NCBI GenBank assembly: GCA_023334545.1
Contig: JAADVB010000073.1
Location: 8,327-72,326, forward strand
DNA: 64,000 bases
Origin: Salisapilia sapeloensis CBS 127946
Lineage: Eukaryota; Protista; Oomycota
Direction of reading: 5' to 3'
Position 1 is the stretch's first letter. Each line of letters starts with the position of its first letter. Made by a program: the position numbers and the translations under genes. The notes below the pieces were generated by a model. The model did not search any database and was not told where the DNA came from. It worked only from the letters and a program-made list of their open reading frames with translations. Shown one piece after another: positions 11,571-21,408 of this stretch.

Positions 11571-12639
11571 CTTTCAGACGTATCAATAATGTCTACGGCA
11601 ACAAACTCTTTACGTTACCAGTCCATCGACCAACATCGCCAGGTTTGTTGCTTTAACAGATGCTGCAGCTCCGAAATCAGTCGATCAAAGATCAACGCAA
11701 ATAGAATTGGTGGTGAAGGATATGCTGTTGCCTTCGTCAATGTCGCGGACGGGTCTTGCCCATCTATTCGTTTAAATGTTTCGAAAAAAGATGCACTTCA
11801 ATATTTGTCACTCGCCACTTCGGCGGCTTATTTCGACGCATATTACTGCTGCCATCGCGTATATACAAAGGAGAGCAAGTGTGAAATGTACAGATGCATA
11901 TGACTGTTGTATGGGTTGCTGGGATACTGCCAAATACTGCTGTCTGGACAGCCCAGTTAATTTGGTATTTTTAGTTTTTCCCACACTGGATCATCATAAG
12001 CTAAGTAGCGGTTGATTGTGATGGGACGGAAAGTTCTTTATTTATGTATGAAGTTATGTCAGCCAACAACACCGAACGCCGCGCAAAGCTATGATGGGAC
12101 GAAAAGTTGACTTCGATCGTCAAGGTTCCACAGTTACTATCACTTGCCTCAAATTGCCCAGAGACATTGCAACCAAGCTACGCAGCCTTCCAGCTTTTTT
12201 AAAATCGCAACAAGAGTAGAGTCAAAAGTAAGACCGTTATATGTGCATAAATCACCCAATGGTGGATAACTCGAGGCAACGTGAGAGTTACTTTTATTAA
12301 GAAGAACGTTGACGTAGTGTACCTGAAGGATGAATCGTTCTTATGAGGGGTATGTCCTCCATAGTATCGTAACAAAGCCTCATTGAAATGCTTGTATATT
12401 TCTATTCATCTACTCAGCAACTGGGGTAACTTGTCCTGGATTGGTAGAGTGCTTTCGAAAACTGCTTTCTTCGTGCTTGTACTTCTGTAATAGCATGGCA
12501 GAGATCCACAGCCAACGTGATGGCACCTCCATATCTTCAAAGGATTTTGATGAGTACATAAAGAAAATTATGTTTTGCTGTAGATGATGCAACCAAGAGC
12601 AATTTGGCGAGTGCAAAAAGTAGGCAAAAGCAAAAGGAA

Positions 12640-12712
12640 TGCCGCGACCCGGGATCGAACCGGGGACCTCAAGAACTTCAGTCTTGCGCTCTCCCAACTG
12701 AGCTATCGAGGC
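12640..12712 (-). tRNA. trnF-GAA: tRNA-Phe (GAA), copy 2
   Basis: Identical to copy 1, followed by TTCCTTTT on its coding strand. Confidence 0.96.
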
Positions 12713-13027
12713 ATTATGACGACTCGTTCACAAAAGTATTATATAAATTAATGTATTAATTAATACAACAAACTTTTATTCGTTAACGTTTATCTGTTGA
12801 ATATAACTAGTTGTATCATCTGTTAACACCTTACGTTCTCCAGTGCAACGATTCATATGAAATATCCCTTGTGCAGGCCGCATTATCTTGTAATGCAAAA
12901 AGTGTACGCCCAGCTAAAACAGCATTCAAAGTCAAAATAAAAACTCCATTTAAACTAGATTTATTGATAGTTTCTACCTTTAATTATAATAATTTATATA
13001 ATACTTTTGTGAACGAGTCGTCATAAT

Positions 13028-13100
13028 GCATCGATAGCTCAGTTGGGAGAGCGCAAGACTGAAGTTCTTGAGGTCCCCGGTTCGATCCCGGGTCGCGGCA
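13028..13100 (+). tRNA. trnF-GAA: tRNA-Phe (GAA), copy 3 (C3A acceptor-stem variant)
   Basis: Same sequence as the other copies except that it starts GCATCGA instead of GCCTCGA. Confidence 0.9.
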
Positions 13101-14340
13101 TTCCTTTTGCTTTTGCCTACTTTTTGCACTCGCCAAATTGCTCTACATAAATAGTAACGCAGACTGGATGTGCTATGTAAGCAGTAAGCGGGAGGATGGT
13201 TGTTAAAGCAGGTGTAAGAACCAGAATCCACACCAGAGTATCGGTATGGTAATATGCTAGGATCCGTAGGTCAAAACTCACACAGGCAAAGCACTCGAAG
13301 CGATCCGGAGTGAATCAGAATGCAATACATGTAGACATAGAAGCAGCATACAGATTTACGCAGGGACTAATGGTGACCGCGAGATCTTCAGTACCGGTAA
13401 ATCCTTCGCCGGGTAAATTTATACATGGCGACCGTCCGCAGGCTCGCATCATGTGCACAGCAAAAGAAATTAAACAGCAAGGACGAAAGAGTCATCTGCC
13501 TCCCACTGCAACAGTCACAATTGCCATCATTATATAAATCCTTTTTAGTGTATACAACAAACCAGCGCTCTGTTGAGATAGAGACCATCACACCAGAAGG
13601 TGCCGATTCTAGCTCCTGATCCGGTCACATAGCACTCACGATGCTTGACGGGATGCCTTACCTCCATCTGATTGCGCGGGAGAAGAGCCCGCCGGACTGA
13701 TGAACACGCATCAATTCTGGTTTTGGAGACTGCTCCACATATGTGCACTATAATTGTACTTTACATTTGCATCCGCTGTGTCATTTACGCGTCATGTCGG
13801 TGGTCACGAAATATCAAAGACGAGTAGTTTATCCACGAAGTTGCCTTTGACAGTCTGGTACCTCTGCTGCTATTGTTATCAGAAATGTCAACAGTGTGAG
13901 GTGGTTTTATTCCTTGGAAGTTACGAAGACGTTTATAATTAAAAATGAGGGAGCGTGAAATGAAAGCCATAACATGAAGTTGCTTGTGCATCATCTAGAT
14001 TTATTGTCTTCAGCAGTTTCTATTCAGCGTTGTCTATTTTTCTGTCCGAGGTACGTTACCGTACGTACACAAGGCAAGCCAAATGCGACAGAAGGGTGGT
14101 ATGTAAAGCACGCCGATAGTGTTTCCCCCGTACCGTCTCCATCTCAAGTAGTGGCGTCATGCCTCCGGCACATTTTCAAATTGGCACACTAAATCAACCT
14201 TCGAAACCATGACCATGCAGTGAACAGCAGACGCGTATAAAAGCTTCTTCCTATTGGAAGAGAAGAAAGCTGATTGCAAGCCTCTCGCAATTATACTTGT
14301 CCATAAAGCTCCCCAACATTAACAGAAATTTGATAAGTCG

Positions 14341-14935
14341 GAACCTCGAAAGCTGGATAGTGAGCGTTGGAAACCGATCAAGACATCCAGTAATGTGACC
14401 ATGCATTGAAAAAGAGATCCGTCTCAGCGCGTGATGAAAGATTCATACACCAACAGTGCTGGTTGGTAGATGCCTTGTGTCATCGTTGGAAATGGTACGA
14501 TCTCTCATAACATTGACTAGCTCTTACACGGTCTCCCGTATGGTAAATAAGCAGCAACTCTGTAAGGCGTGAGCTACGCCGGATCACCAGTGACGAAATC
14601 CCGAACTCTTTTGACAATTGTAAAATCAACTCTGGAGCACCCGTATCGCTCTACTTATCTTCTATGGCATGCTGGTAACCCAATTCCAGCCCTTCGAAAA
14701 ATAGTAAAAGACCGAGATTGCGTCTACGTTCGAGCGACTGTATCTTTATAATTTGAGAATGGTAAGCGCATTGGATGCGGCCTCATGCGTTAGGTTGATC
14801 TACCGTTATCTCCTCCATTGGAAGAATAAGGGATCGTACATACCCGTTTATTATCCTGTAACCTGTTCAAACCCGTCCAGAATGGATCAGTCGAAGCGCT
14901 CATCAAAGCACATTATGAGGTATTTGGAAACGACG
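14341..14935 (+). mobile_element. Decayed Ty1/copia-like reverse transcriptase fragment
   Basis: Broken frames give EPRKLDSERWK (cf. EP.T..EA....W), GVSYAGSPVTKSRTLLTIV (cf. GIDY.ETFSPV....SIR.LLAIA) and SKHIMRYLETT (cf. AKRILRYLKGT), in the expected order, with many stops and frameshifts. Confidence 0.55.
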
Positions 14936-14969
14936 TCCTCATCTCCATCGCTGTGGTGAAATTGGCACG

Positions 14970-15420
14970 TGCACTTATGGAAACTTGGACATCCGCCTAC
15001 TCTGCGAAACAGAAAAAAGTTTTGTGATTACTTCAGACGAAAGATATGAACAAGGATGATGTTTGAGCTTGACTGGCACGAGGAAAGTTCAAAGCAGCTC
15101 GGATTGGAGGTCTTGACGAAACACTTAGGCCCCTTGCGTAAAGTTTGTCCGTGCACTTTGTGTGACTGATCGATCTGTTGGAAATGCATTGTTCCCACCA
15201 AGCTTTATGACGTCATTCCCCAGTTGAATCTGATAGCGAAGAAGACTCACTTCTGTCCTACTTGCGAATAACTTATTACCCAAGTCAATTCGTATGGCGT
15301 TGCTCGGCAAGAAGCTCTGGCTGGTAGGTATGAAAAAGATGGCAGCGGGTCCACTGTTGTTAAACCATCTAGGATTTCGCAGGTGACGAAAAGGTCAGGT
15401 TCTTTGACAGGCAAGAAATC
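14970..15420 (+). mobile_element. Decayed Ty1/copia-like GAG-pre-integrase/integrase fragment
   Basis: HLWKLGHP (cf. LWH.RLGHP), LLQTKD, GKFKAARIGGLDE (cf. GKKIK.LRSD.GGEY), IPQLNLIAKKTH (cf. TPQQNGVAERKNR), LPKS and VRFFD occur collinearly with stops and frameshifts. Confidence 0.5.
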
Positions 15421-16282
15421 GTGCAGTAGCAAAGTCTACGAGTTTGACTCGGATCAAGTTAGCCCATCGACTGAAAGTTCACCACACGCTTTTGCTTAGC
15501 TTACATCATCTAGTGATTCTGTCGAGATAGCCGAGTCTAAGCAAGGGTCATCTGGCGAAGGCCCTGCTGAACGAAACGCTGGGAACAATCAAGAAGCGTA
15601 GGAAAATTTGATTGAAAATGTATAGAGGGGTAGCATATCGGAACTCGATCTGAAAGATCAAGAGCGTGACCGACAGTTGGTGTGACTGAAGATGACGGAG
15701 CAGTGATTTCGGCTGAATGATTAGGTCACTGCATATTTCAGAGAAAGATATACGTGTTGCTTGAGCTCTGGAGCAAGGCCCAAAATTATTTGCATTCGCT
15801 GGCAGTAGGCTTTGCCACGACTAAGCTTAAATATAGCATTTTCGTCTCTAGGTGTACTTGCTCCCAGCCGATCAAGGTATATCTTGTTCGTCAAAGAAAA
15901 TACCACAGGTACATGATGGTATCTAGTGGTAGGTGACTTGCAGCTGAATGTAGCTGCATCATCAACTAGCTCAGCTAACCGTTGACTTGCACCCTCAACC
16001 TTGTATACAACAATCGATCTGATAGTTAGTGTGTCAAATCGATAAGGAGCTATAAAACAAATAAAGACAAAGCGGACATACAGAGTAGTGTCCATAGCTA
16101 ATATTTATTCGTGTTTACAAGGCAGAGGTAGCTCTCATCTGGACTTGGTGCGGTTTTCGGCGGATACGAACGGATTGCATTACTGGTAATCGAGCAAGAT
16201 CCTACGCCGACCTCCCGTTTTGGTTAATATACATACTTTTTATTGATTTTATTATATTACAAAAGACAGATAATTACGTAAT

Positions 16283-16355
16283 GCCTCGATAGCTCAGTTG
16301 GGAGAGCGCAAGACTGAAGTTCTTGAGGTCCCCGGTTCGATCCCGGGTCGCGGCA
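16283..16355 (+). tRNA. trnF-GAA: tRNA-Phe (GAA), copy 4
   Basis: Identical to copy 1, immediately followed by a TTTTTT Pol III terminator. Confidence 0.96.
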
Positions 16356-16808
16356 TTTTTTCGCTTTTGACATGCTACTTGCCGCATTTTTTTTGCTGAT
16401 TTTGCTTCATGGAAATCAAATGTTGGTGTATTTCTGGAAGTTGTGTTTCCATCTAGATACCCATTACTTTGACAGGAATAATTGCGTGGTGTACTGAGCC
16501 GAAGCCAACGCAAAAGTACTTTTCATTGCTCTCAGCTAATCCACAAAAAACTACTCAGAGTGTATAAGTATCTACGCAGTCACTTCTTAAATCTGCAATG
16601 ATGGATACGCTGTCTGTAAGAGTGAGTACTTTGCTTATAATGTATTCGAGTTCAATAGATGTTCCTTGAGGCAAGGCAGGTGCCCGATCAGGTCAATTAA
16701 TCTGCAGATCGTCGAGTAAACTTCCGTGACTCTTCACAGTACGTTTGTACGGTCCCGGTACAGCATCAAGGCCCGCTGCTGGTCATCATATCAGGACTTT
16801 TGACAATC

Positions 16809-18149
16809 ATGTTACGAGGCGTGCGAAGTGTACGTAGGTCGCTGAACAAGCGATACACGACATCGGCACCAATCAACCAAGCTGGTTCGCAAGAGTACGT
16901 GAATGTTCGTGATACACGACTCGCGTATGCTGATATCATCGTAAGCTCGAATGGCATTTTTAACTCAGCATCAGAATTAATCCTTGTGCTGTATGCTAGG
17001 GTGAAGAGAGTTTAGCCGGCAAACTTATCAGTGCAGGTCCGATTTTAGAACGATTGGACATCTTTGGTGCAGCAGTAGCTGAAAATGTAGCTCGTAAAGC
17101 CATTGCCACGATTTCCGTGGATCGTGTGGATTTAACGAGTCGTGTCGCGCATGGTGATCTCGTGCGACTCGAAGGCGAGATGATACACGCCGGGTCTAGT
17201 TCCATGGCTGTCCAAGTTACCGGATATCGACATGACATTGAAACCGGTCGATTTGAGCATACATTGAGTGCAATCATGACTGCAGTTGCATTAGACGAGA
17301 ATATGCGTCCGAGCAAAGGCCTGCCAAAGCTTGTAGACCCGAAAGACGAGCCTGGCTATGTGGCCAAACTAGAGGAGACAGCCGCGCAGCGAAAAGACCT
17401 GTCTGCTCGTTGGCAGAGTCTTCAGGACCGTGTGGATCAGTTTGCGCACATTTCGAAGGATATGCTGGACAAGCATCCGGAGGCGACACCAAGCATTGCA
17501 CATGTGCCAATCCCAGAGACGCTGGTGGAAGTACAGAGTTTCTTCTTGCCAAAGCATCTGAACCGGAATAACACGATCTTTGGTGGCGAAGTGCTCATGT
17601 GGATGGATAAAGTGGCACTTTACTGTGCCAGGAACTTTACGAAAAACACAAACATGGTCACGAGCGGTATGAACCGAGTGTTCTTCAAGCTGCCCATCAC
17701 TATGGACGACATCGTATCCATGAACGCACGTGTCTGCAGTGTTCGGTATGCTTTCATTTCTATTTTAAATCTATGTATCTGCTAAGGTTGGATTGTAGAG
17801 GCGATCACTTGGAAGTCGAAGTTCAGGTTCATGTCGGTCGTGTGGGCAGTAAACAACGTCGAAAATCACACACGGGGTACATTTTCTCTATATAAACTGA
17901 AAGAAAGCCAACTAATTAGGTTTCCACGATGCAACTAGCTACTTCAAAGTGCTCAACTTGGACCGAACCCATCGGTCGCGTCCGATCGAGAAAGCGTTGC
18001 TAATGGATGAAGGCGACCAAGAGAGTATGCGTACGCTATTGAAGGCGCAATACCGTTGGCGCTTTGACGATGAAGAGCGCCGCCTTTTGACGCTAGATCC
18101 GCTCGAGCTGTCGTCGTCGTCACCACTGCACACCCCTTGGACCACTTAA
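16809..18149 (+). CDS. Acyl-CoA thioesterase, double hot-dog fold, probable mitochondrial presequence
   Basis: The N-terminus is Arg/Ser-rich (MLRGVRSVRRSLNKRY). The first hot-dog domain has ISAGPILERLD...VAHGDLVRLEGEMIHAGSSSMAVQV. The second has FLPKHLNRNNTIFGGEVLMWMD. First intron 16941-16999, with two more short 3' introns. Confidence 0.85.
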
Positions 18150-18319
18150 CAGGACAAGCGCGGTTCAAATCTGTCACGTCCTGATTGGATGTTTTAGAAT
18201 AGACTCGTTTTTCTTATACGAGACATACGTTTTTGTAGTCAAGTAGCATTTTAATTCTTATTTGCCGATCGCTTGTTTTGATAAAGAAGAGTGAAGCCAC
18301 ATATTGGGCGAAACCAACC

Positions 18320-19927
18320 ATGGGTACGGCGTTCTTCCTTCCTTTTTTTATGCCATACGTATGTACTAAAAGTCATAATTGATATACGTAGATGGACCAT
18401 CGTAAGCATGCATTCTCCTACCTTGTACATGACGTATCTTATCTATTGCACACAGAAAACGTCAGCGCCCTGACAATACGCTTGCGAATAATGCTCGTAA
18501 ATGGACAGAAGAACAGGTACATAGTATGTAGCTAACGTATGCTTTCTTCAGCTTGACGTCTGTCCATAGGACAAAGCTCTGGTAGAAGCCGTGAAAGAGC
18601 TGGGGAGTAAGAACTGGATGGCCGTGGCCGAGCGTGTGCCCGATCGTGATAATGCTCAGTGTCTCCAACGATGGAACAAGGTACTTATGCCAGGACTAAA
18701 GAAAGGTCCGTGGGCACCAGAGGAAGACGCCATGCTTCGAGACAGGATGCTGGAAGGTTTTACGACGTGGAAAGAGATCGCTTCTGGCATTCCAGGCCGA
18801 ACGTATGCTACCTTTTCTATACATTCCCAAGCTCCTTCTCACCTCGTAGTGTCAGTGTGAAGCAGTGCCGAGAGCGTTGGCGAAATCGTCTTGACCCTTC
18901 CATCAAGAAAGAGTGCGTAGAGCATAGTTGACAGGTAGAATCATGCTGACGAGAGCCATAGACCATTTTCACCGGAAGAAGATCAAAAGCTACAAGAGGC
19001 ATACGAATTATACGGCAACCGATGGACACAAATCGCTGGCCTCCTGCCGGTATATCTCATTATTCCATCAATAGTCTACAGCAGCATGACTTGAATGCAT
19101 AGGGTCGAACGGAAGATGCTGTGAAAATTCGTTGGAAGCATTTGAATCCGAATCGTCCAGCTCATGTACGCACAGGTCGTCCACGAGCTCTTCCAGAGGA
19201 AAGCAAAGGCCAAGAGCTTTCTCCCACGAATCCGATGCCAGCTCCGTCGTACTCGGACATGCTGTCGGACTCGACGCCAAACACTCATGTCTACCCTTCC
19301 TACGCCCTACAGGACGAGTCGCTACCAGAACCCATCTCTGTCCCAGCAAAAGACGAGAATATTAGTGAAGAGGATTTACGCATTCTAAAAGGGTTCTTAC
19401 GCAGCCACTCGAACGGATCGATCAATGGACTCGGCGATTCCTTCCGAATGAATGGACTTGGCGACTCTTTCCGAGCGTTGCCGTCCATTCGAGGTGTCTT
19501 TAACGACTCGGCGGAGAGTGGTGAGACGACAGCTGAAACTGGCGAGACGAGTAACACGCGCGGTCGAGCGAGAACGATGATGCGGCTATTGAGTCTCGGA
19601 GGTTCCTCTGGGAATCTGAGCATGCGGTCGTTGTCTCTGGAAGAAGCTGCTCCAGATGAAGACTGGATCGAGACGGAGCTGCAGAACCAACGTAATAGTG
19701 GACTGCCGATCTTTGACAGCATGTCAAGGCTGTTGAATCAATTGCAGCCGCAGGAAGGGTCGTTGGAAGATGAAGTGAACGGGACGTCGGAGTCAACGAG
19801 CACGGAGCAGTCGTCAAGCCAGAGCTTTGGTAGTCTCTTGCACGGTACGTCCGGGTCATTCTACGTCAGTCACGATAATGTCGGGACGTCGACAAAGATT
19901 GGCGATACAGAAGGCACAATGATGTGA
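18320..19927 (+). CDS. R1R2R3 (3R) Myb transcription factor, paralog B
   Basis: Spliced with introns 18324-18391, 18402-18455, 18517-18569, 18803-18855, 18913-18961 and 19050-19102. This gives KWTEEQDKALVEAVKELGSKNWMAVAERVPDRDNAQCLQRWNKVL; GPWAPEED...WKEIASGIPGRTVKQCRERWRNRLDP; PFSPEEDQKL...GNRWTQIAGLLPGRTEDAVKIRW. The two 5' micro-exons are inferred. Confidence 0.9.
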
Positions 19928-19961
19928 GTTGTAACGTGCAATACAGTCCTTTGTTTCAAAT

Positions 19962-21245
19962 TCAAGTGTACAGGTCCATGGTAAAGCTACGTTGGTGAGA
20001 CTGGTTCCGTTTCCGTCGTTGTCGACGTCGTTCGAGTAGACTGCATTCGGCATCCTTGTCCATGTCTTCGGATGTCGATGGAACGGGAAGACTCTTTGAC
20101 CGTTCGATGGCTCGTGGCATGAGTGGAGTGCTGAATGTTCGTCTCTTGACGGAGTATTCTCGAACAAATCCATGGTAGTTGTACGCGTGGTAACTCCCGC
20201 CAGTGCGTCTTTCTCTAGACATGTGCCGCTCCCTTTGAGCCTCGTCTTCATGTCGGTGTATCTCCTCCTGACTTATAGGCGTCGTGTCGGGGAGTCTGGC
20301 GCTAGATAGACATGGACGACAGAAGGAACGAGTGTCTAGTAGATTGTTATCAAGAACGCATAACAACGGTTTCTCTTGACGACAATTTGAACAGACGTGG
20401 TCTTGGCAGATAGCACACGGCATCAAGTCTTTTACTCTTTTCTTGTTACAAGAAGCACATGAGGTCACTGCTGGATCAGCCACTGGACGTTGAGTCGAGA
20501 CCATCGATGTGAGTTTCCGGGCTTCACAGCATTGCAGAGCTTTTGCTGGTAGTAGCGCTCGATTGGCAATGGCGTCGTCCTTGACTCGCTGTGTATTCGG
20601 ACTTCCATTTGCAGCGTACGTCCCAGTCATAAAGACTTCTACCAGAGTTGGCGTAATGGGTTTGTACAAGTAGCACATGTAGACGTGCTTGAGTTTATTT
20701 GGAAACGATAGATCGGGGTACTCGTCCATGGACACAATGGCATGATACGCCACTTCGCATCCGTCTGAATCCAACGACCTTCCCATCCGTTCATACGTGA
20801 GCATCGTGTGCGTCGAAACACTTGCATCCGTCGCACACATCTGCATCCATGTGACGTACTTGGTACCAGCAAAACGGAACGGTGCGTCGGCACTCGCTGT
20901 CTCCGTCGCTTCAAGCACTTTTGCATCCAAAATACTACATCGTGACGTTGACAAGAGCTGCTGTGCTGCAATTGCATCCTCGTCCGTGTCATAATACAAG
21001 CCGGTCGTGACATCCTCAAGCGACCCTTTCAGATACCCCGAGAGTCGTATCGGCAAGGCATTCGTTCCGTCTGTAGGAGAGAGCGAACGGTAGACTGCCA
21101 AAGGACCTCGACGTAAGAGCGGGAAGAAATTCGGCAGGTGTCTGATTTCCCCATCAAAGTCTCTCCAAGCCTCGAGCGTATCATTTAGTAGATCATCACA
21201 CTCCATCTCCATACCGTATCGGACGTCGGAGCTAATTCTTTGCAT
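19962..21245 (-). CDS. Oomycete START-like + FYVE-like zinc finger protein
   Basis: The START-like region has IRLSGYLKGSLEDVTTGLY...KYVTW...YERMGRSLDSDGCEVAYHAIVSMD. It is followed by CASCNKK...CAICQDHVCSNC...FCRPC. The start codon is uncertain. Confidence 0.7.
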   Translation of the reverse strand: MQRISSDVRYGMEMECDDLLNDTLEAWRDFDGEIRHLPNFFPLLRRGPLAVYRSLSPTDGTNALPIRLSGYLKGSLEDVTTGLYYDTDEDAIAAQQLLSTSRCSILDAKVLEATETASADAPFRFAGTKYVTWMQMCATDASVSTHTMLTYERMGRSLDSDGCEVAYHAIVSMDEYPDLSFPNKLKHVYMCYLYKPITPTLVEVFMTGTYAANGSPNTQRVKDDAIANRALLPAKALQCCEARKLTSMVSTQRPVADPAVTSCASCNKKRVKDLMPCAICQDHVCSNCRQEKPLLCVLDNNLLDTRSFCRPCLSSARLPDTTPISQEEIHRHEDEAQRERHMSRERRTGGSYHAYNYHGFVREYSVKRRTFSTPLMPRAIERSKSLPVPSTSEDMDKDAECSLLERRRQRRKRNQSHQRSFTMDLYT

Positions 21246-21408
21246 GGCGAGTTGCGTAATGAGTAACGACCTGATGCGATGCTTCCGACGGCCTGTCGCC
21301 ACGTACGTACGTAAGCATGTACCTAGATGGACATATCGAACGTATCTCATGCTAAAGAAATATAAGAAAGAAGAAAAAAAGGTAAAAGCCCATGTTTCCT
21401 GCGAGTAT

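Larger units (their letters stand above)
12596..13144. repeat. 155-bp inverted duplication (arms 12596-12750 and 12990-13144, 239-bp AT-rich spacer), each arm containing a tRNA-Phe
   Basis: The arms are reverse complements over 44 nt of 3' flank, the 73-nt tRNA and 38 nt of 5' flank. The only difference I found is tRNA position 3. Confidence 0.92.

Noticed and set aside
14020-14140. Minus-strand CFTYHPSVAFGLPCVRTV as a second SWIM remnant
   Set aside because: Only GLPC matches and the His ligand is missing, which is too weak to call.
15000-15045. KQKKV as the start of a copia RNase H domain
   Set aside because: The same bases fit better within the collinear integrase-like series (LWKLGHP, LLQTKD, GKFKAAR), so the RNase H reading was dropped.
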